From the NCBI GenBank assembly GCA_963837165.1, contig CAWIMD010000002.1, positions 1,031,029 through 1,095,028 of the forward strand: 64,000 nucleotides of DNA, read 5' to 3'. The DNA is from Vicinamibacteria bacterium. GTDB taxonomy: Bacteria > Acidobacteriota > Vicinamibacteria > Vicinamibacterales > JAENWD01. The notes under the pieces are model-generated. The model saw nothing but the letters and a program-made list of their open reading frames with translations, ran no database searches and was not told the origin of the DNA. The position numbers and the translations under genes are program-made. This document shows positions 54,136 through 63,161 of this stretch, piece after piece. Every line of letters begins with the position of its first letter. Positions within the stretch are counted from its first letter, which is position 1.

Positions 54136-54948
54136 CTAGGCGTCGACGCCGCCGCTGGCGAGCCAGCCGCCGTCGATCACGATCGTCTGGCCCGTGATGT
54201 ACGCGCCGGCGTCGGAGGCCAGCAGGACGGCGGCGCCGGCGAGGTCGGCCGGAAGGCCGGGACGCCCCATCGGAATGACGCGGACCGCGCTGTCGTAGAG
54301 CCGGTCGTCCGAGAACACGGCGTCGGTCATCCGCGTCCAGAACCGCCCGGGCGCAATGCCGTTCACCGTGACCTGATCGCGGGCCCACTCGAGCGCGAGC
54401 GATTTGACCATCTGTCGCAGCCCGCCTTTCGACATCGCGTACACGCTGACGTTGGGGATCGCGACCTCGGCGGCAATCGAGCCGATCGTGAGGATTCGCC
54501 CCCAGCGGTTCGCGCGCATCACGGCGCCGGCGGCCTGCGAGAGAAAGAACGCCGCCTCGAGATTGATGCGCATCACGGCCGCGAAGTCCTCTCGCGTGAA
54601 CGAGGCGGCCGGCTTGCGGACGTTGACGCCGGCGCCGTTGACGAGGATGTCGAGACCGCCCAGCGCGTCGATCGTGCGGCCCACGAGCCGCTCCGGCGCA
54701 TCGGGAGCGCCGATGTCGGCGGCAATCGCGACCGCGCGGCGTCCCCGCGCGCGTACCGCCTCGGCCGCGCCCTCCACCTCGTCGGCGCCCCTGGCGGTGA
54801 TCGCGACGTTCGCGCCATGCTCGGCCAGCGCGAGCGCGATCGCCAGGCCGAGGCCGCGGCTGCCTCCGGTGACGAGCGCGACGCGCCCGTCCAGCCGGAA
54901 GGACGGCATGCGGAAGTCGGAATCCTGCGGGCGCTGCCGGGTGGGCAT
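54136..54948 (-). CDS. SDR family oxidoreductase
   Basis: TGGSRGLG cofactor motif and YAMSK catalytic motif. Alternative ATG at 54909. Confidence 0.85.
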   Translation of the reverse strand: MPTRQRPQDSDFRMPSFRLDGRVALVTGGSRGLGLAIALALAEHGANVAITARGADEVEGAAEAVRARGRRAVAIAADIGAPDAPERLVGRTIDALGGLDILVNGAGVNVRKPAASFTREDFAAVMRINLEAAFFLSQAAGAVMRANRWGRILTIGSIAAEVAIPNVSVYAMSKGGLRQMVKSLALEWARDQVTVNGIAPGRFWTRMTDAVFSDDRLYDSAVRVIPMGRPGLPADLAGAAVLLASDAGAYITGQTIVIDGGWLASGGVDA

Positions 54949-54969
54949 CAGGGGCCGCGACTGCGGCGA

Positions 54970-56256
54970 CTATCCGGCGCTTGGGACTTCTTCGAGCAGA
55001 TCCGTCGCCTGATCGAAGTTCCCGGATTCGTCGAAGCGCCACTCCGTCGGCTGCACGAGCACCTCGACGCCGGGGCGGTCGGCAATTGCCGGCAGGCACG
55101 CCTCGGAGAGCACCACGCGGTCGAGGGCGAGCGTGTTCCGGATGCGCACGATGCGCGGCGCCTCCGCGTTCGCAGCCGCCACACGCAGCGCGGCCTTGAT
55201 GCACTCGGCGTCGGTCCTGAAGTTGATCGGGATCCGGGCGGTGGCCGGCGTCATCGCCGATACGGCGTTCGTGTACGTGGCCACCGGGTCCATCTGCTCC
55301 ACGAGCCGCGTGGAGGCGAGGTCGGCCAGGCCCAGGCCGACGGCGTTGCCGTGGCTCTCCGGCGTGAGGCGCCGCAGGTAGATCGCCCGCACGACCGCCG
55401 TGCAGCTCGTCATCGGCCGCAGGTCCACGCCGCGCCCGACGATGTTGGTGTCCATGCCGGTGCCGCTGATGTTCTTGCCGATCTCGTCGATGACGAGGAC
55501 GTCCACGTCGGGCACGGGCAGCGCCGGCATCCAGCGCCGCGCCAGGCGGAGCAGCTCCGGCTCGCGCGCCCGGATCTCGCCGCCTCGCAGCAGCTCGATC
55601 CTGGCGAGGTGGTGCGCCCCGTCCTCGAGGAGCGCCACGCCGTACACGTGCGGCAGCCGCGCCAGCACGACGTCGGACACCTCGCCAATGACCCGCTCGT
55701 GCCCCAGCGTCGCCGCGGCCCAGTGGCAGCCGAATGCGCCCTCGGCCTTGCCGAGACCGATGGCGGACATCTTCGCGAGCCCGCTGCCCACGGTGAGGCT
55801 GTCGAAGTCCGTGTGCGGCTTCACGCGGTTCATCAGCACCACGGCGTCGGCTCCGAGCGCCACCGACGACGTCAACACCGGGACGCCGGACGTCGTCGTG
55901 CCAATCGCCGTGGCGTCCATCGACGCCTCGATGGCCGCCCCGACCCGCTCCTCGGTCACGCCGTACGTGGCGAGCAGGGCTCGCTGCCCCTCCGGCGTCG
56001 CGCCGCCATGGCTGCCCATCGCCGGCATCACGAACGGCGACGCGCCGCGCGCGCGCAGCCATGACACGACCGTGGCCGCGAGTTCCCCAATCCGGTCGAT
56101 CCCCCGGCTGCCGACCGCGACCGCGACCCTCCGGCCGCTCCAGGGCTCGCGGCCCCAGGTCTGGCCGAGTTGCTCGGCGAGCACGGCGGCGGGCGTGGCG
56201 AGCGCATGCCGCTCGACCGGCGGGGCAACGAGCACCTGGCGTGGAAGCGTCATCAT
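54970..56256 (-). CDS. LarA-like / DUF2088-type protein (tentative)
   Basis: PAMGSHGGATPEGQ and KPHTDF segments resemble lactate-racemase-like nickel-pincer-dependent enzymes. The family assignment comes from memory of these motifs only. Confidence 0.45.
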   Translation of the reverse strand: MMTLPRQVLVAPPVERHALATPAAVLAEQLGQTWGREPWSGRRVAVAVGSRGIDRIGELAATVVSWLRARGASPFVMPAMGSHGGATPEGQRALLATYGVTEERVGAAIEASMDATAIGTTTSGVPVLTSSVALGADAVVLMNRVKPHTDFDSLTVGSGLAKMSAIGLGKAEGAFGCHWAAATLGHERVIGEVSDVVLARLPHVYGVALLEDGAHHLARIELLRGGEIRAREPELLRLARRWMPALPVPDVDVLVIDEIGKNISGTGMDTNIVGRGVDLRPMTSCTAVVRAIYLRRLTPESHGNAVGLGLADLASTRLVEQMDPVATYTNAVSAMTPATARIPINFRTDAECIKAALRVAAANAEAPRIVRIRNTLALDRVVLSEACLPAIADRPGVEVLVQPTEWRFDESGNFDQATDLLEEVPSAG

Positions 56257-57314
56257 GGTCGTGGCCGCAGCTGAAGGACTTCAATCGGGTCTGGTCCGGC
56301 CCTGGTGGAAATTTCCAGCACTGGACGCCAGTCTGTCAACGAGAACTTCACCACGGTGTCGGCGCCCTGGGCGGAGGCGTAGCCGTAGCCGCTGCGCTCG
56401 TCCACGGTCAGTCCCTCGGCGCCGGCGCCCACCGTGAGTCGCCCCACCTCGCGGCGGGTGGACGTGTCGAGCACCGCCAGCTCCCCGCTCCGCATGAGGG
56501 TGACCAGCAGGTACCGGTCGTCCGCGGTGAGCTTCACCCGGGCCGGACTTCCAGCCAGGTCGATCGTCCCGGCCACCGTCAGCCCGGGGCAATCGACGAG
56601 CGCGACCGTATTCGCGTCGCGGGTGGCCACGTAGAGGAGCTGGCCGCGACGCGTCAGGGCCAGGCCCATGGGCACACCGCCGACGTGCACGCTGCGAACC
56701 TCGCCCGGCGCCCGACGGTCGATGCGCGAGACGGTCCCCGAGCCGGCGTTGGCGGTGTACAGGTAGCGCTCGTCGCCGCTGACCACCACCATGTGCGGGA
56801 GCTGCTGATCGATCAGGTGCTCGTCGGCAACCTGCCGGTGCTCGGCGTCCACCTCGAGCACCGCCGCGGGGTGATCCACCGTCACATACGCCCGCCCGGA
56901 CAGCCCGAGCGCGATGCCGTGCGGCCGGCGAAACCGTCCCAGGTCCACGACGCCGGCGCGGCGGCCCGCGGCGACATCCACGATGGTGACGGTGTGCCCT
57001 CCCTCGGCGGGGTCGGTGAAGCTGTCCACGCCGTAGTCGGTGACGTAGGCGTACCGGTCGCCCTCGGACAACACCATCTCGTGCGGCCGGTGTCCCACCT
57101 CGACGTTCCAGTACGGTGTGCCGGAGATCGAGTCGTACAGCCCCAGGGCGTCGGCCTTCTTCTGGAGGATGAGGACGAGCGGGTCGGATCCGCTGCCGGA
57201 CGACGCCGCGGTGCTGCAGAGCGCGGCGACCGCGACCAGCGCGGCCAGGAACCGTCGCCTGTGCGTACGCACGATCTCACGGTCACCGGCCATGCGGGCA
57301 TCCTGTCCCATCAT
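56253..57314 (-). CDS. YncE-like beta-propeller repeat protein, Tat signal
   Basis: RRRFLAALVAVAAL signal. Repeated ...YVT/YTAN/YVATR...G.V..ID... blades. The stop overlaps the next gene's ATG (ATGA). Confidence 0.62.
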   Translation of the reverse strand: MMGQDARMAGDREIVRTHRRRFLAALVAVAALCSTAASSGSGSDPLVLILQKKADALGLYDSISGTPYWNVEVGHRPHEMVLSEGDRYAYVTDYGVDSFTDPAEGGHTVTIVDVAAGRRAGVVDLGRFRRPHGIALGLSGRAYVTVDHPAAVLEVDAEHRQVADEHLIDQQLPHMVVVSGDERYLYTANAGSGTVSRIDRRAPGEVRSVHVGGVPMGLALTRRGQLLYVATRDANTVALVDCPGLTVAGTIDLAGSPARVKLTADDRYLLVTLMRSGELAVLDTSTRREVGRLTVGAGAEGLTVDERSGYGYASAQGADTVVKFSLTDWRPVLEISTRAGPDPIEVLQLRPRP

Positions 57315-57332
57315 GAGGGAGTTGCTGCTTTC

Positions 57333-58826
57333 TCAGTGCTCAGCCCAGTCCAGGGCACGACTTACCGCCTTCTTCCAGCCCCGGTACAGCCGCGTCCGCT
57401 GCTCGTCGCCCATGACCGGCGTGAAGGTGCGGTCCACCGCCCAGTTCCGGGTGACATCGCCCGGATCGTTCCAGTAGCCGACCGCCAGCCCCGCCAGGTA
57501 CGCCGCTCCCAGCGCGGTGGTTTCGGCCACGATCGGACGCCTTACGGGGACGCCCAGCAGGTCCGCCTGGAACTGCAGCATGGCGTTGTTGGCCGCGGCG
57601 CCGCCGTCCACCTTGAGGCTCGAGAGCGTCAGTCCCGCTTCCTGCTGCATCAGGTCCAGCACGTCGCGCGTCTGATAGGCCATCGAGTCCACCGTCGCCC
57701 TGGCAATGTGGCCGATGATGGTGTCGCGGGTCAGGCCGATGATGAGGCCGCGGGCGTAGGGATCCCAGTAAGGAGCGCCGAGGCCGACGAAGGCCGGCAC
57801 GAGGTACACGCCGCCCGCGTCGTCCACCGTGGCGGCGAGGCGCTCGACTTCGGCCGAGCTCTGGATGGCCTTCAGCCCGTCGCGCACCCACTGGACGGCG
57901 GCGCCGGCCACGAAGACCGCGCCCTCGAGGCAGTAGGTGGTCTCGCCGTTCAGGCGCCACGCGACCGTGGTCAGCAGGCCGTGCTTGGAGGGCACGGCTT
58001 TCGGGCCGGTGTTCAGGAGGAGGAAGCAACCCGTGCCGTAGGTGTTCTTCGCCGAGCCCGGCTCGAAGCAGGCCTGGCCGAACAGCGCCGCCTGCTGGTC
58101 GCCGGCGGCGCCCGTGATCGGCACGGCGGCCCCGAGCAGCGACGCCTCGGTTTCGCCGAACCACTCGCTGTTGGATCGCACCTCCGGCAGCATCGCGCGC
58201 GGCACGCCGAGGATCTCGAGCAGCGTATCGTCCCACTCCATCGTGTGGATGTTGAAGAGGAGCGTGCGCGCCGCGTTGCTCACGTCGGTCACGTGACGCT
58301 TGCCGCCCGTGAGACGCCAGATCAGGAACGAGTCCACGGTGCCGAACAGCACGTCGCCGCGCTCGGCGCGTGCGCGGAGCCCGGGCACCGAGTCGAGCAG
58401 GAACTTCAGCTTGGTCCCCGAGAAGTACGGGTCGAGCACCAGGCCGGTCCGCGAGCGGAACATCTCCTCGAGGCCGTCGGCCTTGAGCTCTTCGCAGATG
58501 CGCGCGGTGATCCGGCTCTGCCAGACGATGGCGTTGGCGACGGGCTTGCCGGTCTCGCGATCCCAGACGATCGTGGTCTCGCGCTGGTTCGTCACGCCGA
58601 TCGCGCAGATCTGCGTCGCCGAGAGCCCCGCGCGGGCCAGGGCCTCACGCGCGGTCGCGATCTGCGAGCTCCAGATCGCCTCCGGGTCGTGCTCGACGTG
58701 CCCGGGCGCGGGGTAGATCTGCGGGAACTCCCGCTGAGCGGACGACACGAGCTGTCCGTCCTTCCGGAACACGATGGCCCGGCTGGACGTGGTGCCCTGG
58801 TCCAGCGCCAGGATGAACTGACTCAT
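57333..58826 (-). CDS. glpK: Glycerol kinase
   Basis: [21 protein letters not shown] and [10 protein letters not shown] motifs. ATG 58826 overlaps the glpF stop. Confidence 0.93.
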   Translation of the reverse strand: MSQFILALDQGTTSSRAIVFRKDGQLVSSAQREFPQIYPAPGHVEHDPEAIWSSQIATAREALARAGLSATQICAIGVTNQRETTIVWDRETGKPVANAIVWQSRITARICEELKADGLEEMFRSRTGLVLDPYFSGTKLKFLLDSVPGLRARAERGDVLFGTVDSFLIWRLTGGKRHVTDVSNAARTLLFNIHTMEWDDTLLEILGVPRAMLPEVRSNSEWFGETEASLLGAAVPITGAAGDQQAALFGQACFEPGSAKNTYGTGCFLLLNTGPKAVPSKHGLLTTVAWRLNGETTYCLEGAVFVAGAAVQWVRDGLKAIQSSAEVERLAATVDDAGGVYLVPAFVGLGAPYWDPYARGLIIGLTRDTIIGHIARATVDSMAYQTRDVLDLMQQEAGLTLSSLKVDGGAAANNAMLQFQADLLGVPVRRPIVAETTALGAAYLAGLAVGYWNDPGDVTRNWAVDRTFTPVMGDEQRTRLYRGWKKAVSRALDWAEH

Positions 58827-59602
58827 CGCGCCTGCTCCATCAACGGGTGCCGGTGGCCGACGAACCAATCGTAGACGAACCCGCCCGCGGGCCCACCGAT
58901 CAGCGGGCCGACGATCGGCACCCACCACCACGAGTGGCCGGCTGTGAACACGCCGCTCCCCCATCCTGCCAGGAACGTGAACAGCCGGGGTCCGAAGTCG
59001 CGCGCCGGGTTGATGGCGTACCCGGCGTTGAGGCCGAACGTGGTGCCGATGAGCAGCACCAGCAGGCCGACGATCACCGGGCCGATATGGGGAGGCGGCG
59101 CCAGGTTCTTCTTGTCGCTGATCGCGAAGACCACGCCGACGAGCAGCGCCGTGCCGACAATCTGGTCGATCAGGCCGCCCGTCGTCGACAGCCACGGCTG
59201 CGGGTAGGTGGCGAAGATCCCGGCGGTCGCCATGGTCCCGGTGATCTGGCGCGTGCCCCCGTCGAAGTGCACGAACGCGTCGTGATAGGTGAGGAGGACC
59301 AGCGCCGAGGCGACGAAGGCGCCGGCGGTCTGCGCGAGCACGTACGGGCCCACCTTGGACCACGGGAAGCCGCGGAGCGCCGCGGCCGCAACCGTGACGG
59401 CCGGGTTCAGGTGCCCGCCCGACACGCCGCCGGCCACGTACACGCCCATCATCACGGCCAGTCCCCACCCGATGTTGATCGAGAGGTACTGGCCGGTCGT
59501 GCCGCCGCCGAGGGTGACCTGCGCGACGACGCCCGCGCCGAACACGATCAGGATGAAGGTGCCGAGGAACTCGGCCCAGGCTTCACGAGTGGTGGTGGAC
59601 AC
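58823..59602 (-). CDS. glpF: Aquaglyceroporin (MIP family)
   Basis: Two NPA boxes (HLNPAVT and [10 protein letters not shown]). Confidence 0.9.
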   Translation of the reverse strand: MSTTTREAWAEFLGTFILIVFGAGVVAQVTLGGGTTGQYLSINIGWGLAVMMGVYVAGGVSGGHLNPAVTVAAAALRGFPWSKVGPYVLAQTAGAFVASALVLLTYHDAFVHFDGGTRQITGTMATAGIFATYPQPWLSTTGGLIDQIVGTALLVGVVFAISDKKNLAPPPHIGPVIVGLLVLLIGTTFGLNAGYAINPARDFGPRLFTFLAGWGSGVFTAGHSWWWVPIVGPLIGGPAGGFVYDWFVGHRHPLMEQAR

Positions 59603-59635
59603 GCGTCTTGTGCCTCCGGACAGGCTGCCGTGTGA

Positions 59636-60226
59636 TCAGGGATTGAGCGACTCGGCGCGCCAGCCCTCGCCCGCCCGGACGTAGAGCATCCGCTCGTGCA
59701 GCCGGGACTCGCGCGCATGCCAGAACTCGATGCGCTCGGGGACGAGCCGGTACCCGCCCCAGTGCGGCGGACGCGGCACCGGCGCGCCGGCATATCGCGC
59801 CTCGGTCTCGGTGTAGCGGGCCTCGAGCTCGGCGCGCGAGGCGATCGGCGCGCTCTGCTCCGAGGCCCAGGCCGCCAGCTGGCTGCCGCGGGGGCGGCCG
59901 GCAAAGTAGGCGTCGGACTCCTCGGCGGAGACCTGCGTCACCGGACCCTCGACGCGTACCTGCTCGTCGATCCACGGCCAGTAGCCGCAGAGCGCCGCCC
60001 GCGGGTTCGCGGCCAGGTCCTGTCCCTTCCTGGATCGGTAGTTGGTGAAGAAGACGAAGCCGCGCGCGTCGATGCCCCGCAGGAGGACCACCCGCGCGGA
60101 CGGCTGGCCGCCGGCCGAACAGGTGGCCAGCGTGACGGCAACCGGCTCGAACGGCGCGTCGCGGCTCGCCCTCGCGAACAGCTCCTGAAAGAGCGCAATC
60201 GGGTCCGACACGGGCACGAAGGCCAA
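59636..60226 (-). CDS. pdxH: Pyridoxamine 5'-phosphate oxidase
   Basis: RVVLLRG...FFTNYRSRKG...IEFWH...RLHERMLY motifs. TTG 60226 start, uncertain. Confidence 0.86.
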   Translation of the reverse strand: MAFVPVSDPIALFQELFARASRDAPFEPVAVTLATCSAGGQPSARVVLLRGIDARGFVFFTNYRSRKGQDLAANPRAALCGYWPWIDEQVRVEGPVTQVSAEESDAYFAGRPRGSQLAAWASEQSAPIASRAELEARYTETEARYAGAPVPRPPHWGGYRLVPERIEFWHARESRLHERMLYVRAGEGWRAESLNP

Positions 60227-60230
60227 GGGT

Positions 60231-60267
60231 ACACGAAGGACACGAAGGGCACAAAGGTGCCCGAAGG
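60231..60267 (+). repeat. Family C nonamer array (ACACGAAGG x2, GCACAAAGG, TGCCCGAAGG)
   Basis: Read directly. Contains the hairpin GGGCAC-AAAG-GTGCCC (60247-60262). Confidence 0.85.
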
Positions 60268-60268
60268 G

Positions 60269-60784
60269 TCAGGAAGCCGACGTCTGCTCCCCCGACGTCT
60301 CCCGCTGGCGCTGGCGGGCCAGCATGACGAGCAGCGCCGCCGGGTAGGTGGCGGCGCCGAGGAGGATGGCCCCGATCGTCGGGCCCAGCAGGAAGGGCAG
60401 CAGCCACGGCCGCACCAGGGCGAACAGATGGTCCCAGAATCCCCACGACAGCAGCGACAGGCTGAACAGCGTCCCGAACTCGCCGCGCAGGTCCACCGGC
60501 AGCGGCACGCCGAGCAGCGCGCCCGCGATCGCCGTGGTCGCCGTGTACCACGGCACCATGATCCACGGCAGGTTCGTGCAGAGTCCGGCCAGGACCAGCA
60601 GCTTGTTCAGGCGCAGGGCGAATGCGACGGCGAAGGCGGCGACGTACTGGATGCCGAAAAATGGCGAGAAGCCGGCCGTGATGCCCCAGGCGTACGCCGC
60701 TGCCAGCCGCGGCGGCGTGTCGTCGAGTCGCAGCACCTTGTCCGCCCAGCGGTACAGCGTGCCAAGCGTCGCTTCAAAAGCCAC
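60269..60784 (-). CDS. DUF2062 domain membrane protein
   Basis: PPRLAAAYAWGITAGFSPFFGIQ... pattern with 3-4 TM segments. Confidence 0.68.
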   Translation of the reverse strand: MAFEATLGTLYRWADKVLRLDDTPPRLAAAYAWGITAGFSPFFGIQYVAAFAVAFALRLNKLLVLAGLCTNLPWIMVPWYTATTAIAGALLGVPLPVDLRGEFGTLFSLSLLSWGFWDHLFALVRPWLLPFLLGPTIGAILLGAATYPAALLVMLARQRQRETSGEQTSAS

Positions 60785-60877
60785 GGATCAAGTATGCCAA
60801 ATTGCCTGGCCACGTGGCCCCGGTTCTTGAGAGGGGCGCGCGCGGACGACTCACGGCTGCCCAGTGCCGGCGGCGCG

Positions 60878-63067
60878 TCAGCTCGTCACCCGGAAGCCCA
60901 CGAGCTGCTTGGCTTCGCCGCCCTGCCCTTTCGCCTTCAGCTCGAGCACGTACTCGCCGGGAGCGAGGTTCGCCAGCGGCACCTGCAGGGTGACCTGGCC
61001 GCCGGCCGGCGGCACGGGAACGGGGAGCGTCTCCATCGCATCCCCGGCACGGTTCAGCAGCCGCGCCGTCACGTCCGGAATCTCGGTGCCGGGCCCGTAG
61101 GCCTGCACGCGGACGACCAGCCGCTCGGTCCGGCGGAAGTCCCGCGCGATCGCGGGCACGGCCCGCGGGTCGGCGGCCAGCTTGTCCGCCTCCGGCTGGG
61201 TGCGCGCGCGGAACACTGCCGGCGTGCTCAGCCCCACGTCCGGGGACGATAGGTCGGGCACGGTGAGCTCGCGGGCATCGCTGTCGAGCGTGGCGTTGCT
61301 GTCGTCCTCCACCTGCACCTTCATCTGGACGCGGCCGGGGGGCACCTCGAAGGTCACGACCCGCGGCTTTGCCGGCGAGTCGCTGGACGCCCCGGTGCCC
61401 GCGGCCGGCGCCGGTCCCGAAATCGGGATCATGCCATCGTCAGCCGAGGAACCGCTCTGCGGGCTGTGCCCGCGGTAGTACGGGGCACCATCGGTGCCGA
61501 TGACGGTGAGCGTGACGTGCGACGGGTCCGCATGGCGCCTGTCGCCCGGCGTCAGCGGCTTCGGCTCCCAGACATAGGTGATTCGCGTCTTGCCGTTGGT
61601 GCCGCGCGACATCCCCATCCAGGACCGGATGTAGTCGCCCCTGTTCTGGAGGACGATCGACCCGAGCGCCTGATCGACGTCTTTGGGCCGATCGGGCTTG
61701 GAGGGCGCCGTCGCGCGCTTCAGGTCCTCGGGCGTGAAGTCGAGCCAGCCCTTGCGGGCGCGCACCTCCACGCCGGGCCGCTTCACCTTGACCTTGATCT
61801 CGTGGAACTTGCCGTCGGCCTTCGCCTGGTTGGAATTGTAGCCGAGCAGGTAGTACGCGCTCTGGTCGCGCACAATCTGCTTCAGGCCGGGCATCAGGTC
61901 GTTGCTGTTCACGATGGCGCGGCCGTCGGTGTTGTCGGCCAGGATCCGGATCGAGTCCATGGTGTTCCGCAGCTGCACCGCGTCGGTGGTGAGGCTGATG
62001 CCGGCAGCCCCCTCGTCGATGTCCGAGTCGAACGCGGCCAGGCCGCGGGGGTCCACCGCGTAAATCGAGACGTTGTACCGGTTGGCGAGATCGTAGATGT
62101 CCTTGAGACGGCCGATCATCTCCGCCTGGTCGAAGAAGCGCTCGCGGTCGGCGTTGGTGCCGTCGCCGGCGAACGGGTCGGCCGTGATCTCCGTCCCGGG
62201 CTGCTGGGCGTTCGTGCGGCGCATCTGCGGCGGCAGATAGTTCGTGTAGCCCTCGCTCACGAGGATGAGCGCCTTGCGGCCCTCGCGCAGCCCGCCGAGC
62301 TTGATGATCAGGCCCTTGATCGCCGAGAGCGACACGTCGTTCCTGATGTCCTCGATCGTCGTCGTCGGGTAGCTGGCGTACTGCTCCTCGTACATGTTCT
62401 GCGGCGTGTAGTTGTACTTCCGTCCGTCGAACTGCTCGAGGGCCTTGGCCAGCGCCTCGTGATTCCGGCTCATCACGACCGAGTCGGTGGGCATCAGCGG
62501 GTACATGATGCTGACCATGTCCTGCGGCGCCAGCTGCGTGAGGACGAACCGCGACAGGTACTGGCGGGCGAACATCGAGTTGCCGCGCCGCACGTGGTAG
62601 TCGTCCAGGAAGAACGCGAAGAGCCGGACGTCCGGCCGCTGCGCCTCCGTTTCCTCGTCGTAGGTCGACCGGATCTGCCGCGCGGGGGTCGTCTCGGTGA
62701 GCGCGTCGATCTTGAACAGCTTGAACGACTCCACGGTCTGGGGCTTGCCGTCCTCCCAGACCTGGAAGTCCTCCGGCTTGAGATCCATGACCGGGTTGCC
62801 CTTGTGGTCGGTCACGATCACGTCCACGCGGACGAAGTTGATCCCGGCCTTGAAGGTCGGCTGCTGATCCTGCTCCGCCTGCGCCTGGTCGCCGGCCGGG
62901 GGGGCCGCGGGCTTCTGGCCAGCGGCCGCCGGCGGCGGCGTCTTGGGGGCGGCAGTCTGCGCGCCCTGAGCGCCGGCACGATGCGCGGCGAGCGGCGCCG
63001 GCGCCAGCCCCAGGAGAGAGGCGAGCGAGAGGGTGAGCGCGAGGCGCGGGTAGCCCATGGTCGACAT
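60878..63067 (-). CDS. Large VWA domain protein (acidobacterial VWFA-related type)
   Basis: Signal peptide. TFKAGINFVRVDVIVTDHKGNPV...FQVWEDGKPQ N-terminal module, as in 27586..28614. VWA core followed by Ig-like C-terminal repeats. Confidence 0.75.
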   Translation of the reverse strand: MSTMGYPRLALTLSLASLLGLAPAPLAAHRAGAQGAQTAAPKTPPPAAAGQKPAAPPAGDQAQAEQDQQPTFKAGINFVRVDVIVTDHKGNPVMDLKPEDFQVWEDGKPQTVESFKLFKIDALTETTPARQIRSTYDEETEAQRPDVRLFAFFLDDYHVRRGNSMFARQYLSRFVLTQLAPQDMVSIMYPLMPTDSVVMSRNHEALAKALEQFDGRKYNYTPQNMYEEQYASYPTTTIEDIRNDVSLSAIKGLIIKLGGLREGRKALILVSEGYTNYLPPQMRRTNAQQPGTEITADPFAGDGTNADRERFFDQAEMIGRLKDIYDLANRYNVSIYAVDPRGLAAFDSDIDEGAAGISLTTDAVQLRNTMDSIRILADNTDGRAIVNSNDLMPGLKQIVRDQSAYYLLGYNSNQAKADGKFHEIKVKVKRPGVEVRARKGWLDFTPEDLKRATAPSKPDRPKDVDQALGSIVLQNRGDYIRSWMGMSRGTNGKTRITYVWEPKPLTPGDRRHADPSHVTLTVIGTDGAPYYRGHSPQSGSSADDGMIPISGPAPAAGTGASSDSPAKPRVVTFEVPPGRVQMKVQVEDDSNATLDSDARELTVPDLSSPDVGLSTPAVFRARTQPEADKLAADPRAVPAIARDFRRTERLVVRVQAYGPGTEIPDVTARLLNRAGDAMETLPVPVPPAGGQVTLQVPLANLAPGEYVLELKAKGQGGEAKQLVGFRVTS

Positions 63068-63161
63068 CCGTGACGGAAGATGCGCGCAGGTCCTCAGGTA
63101 CTTGGACGCCGCGCCGAGCGCTGAGGTCGGGCGGCGCCCGGGGGCAGGCGCCGTATACCTG

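Noticed and set aside
15248-60267. A telomerase-like or eukaryotic (telomere/microsatellite) origin of the G-rich 7-8-mers, or contamination.
   Set aside because: The arrays are embedded between typical bacterial operons with overlapping start and stop codons and Shine-Dalgarno sites. Nine different units exist, which is inconsistent with a single RNA template. No reverse transcriptase is in the window.
308-63073. Long ORFs antisense to or overlapping the called genes. Examples are 308..2188 (-), 8133..10466 (+), 11586..14213 (+), 16034..17491 (+), 17616..18836 (-), 49225..51765 (+), 56061..58874 (+) and 61466..63073 (+).
   Set aside because: Their translations are Arg/Pro/Gly/Ala-rich with no recognisable motifs. 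The opposite strand or another frame carries clear family signatures. Stop-poor alternative frames are expected in GC-rich DNA.
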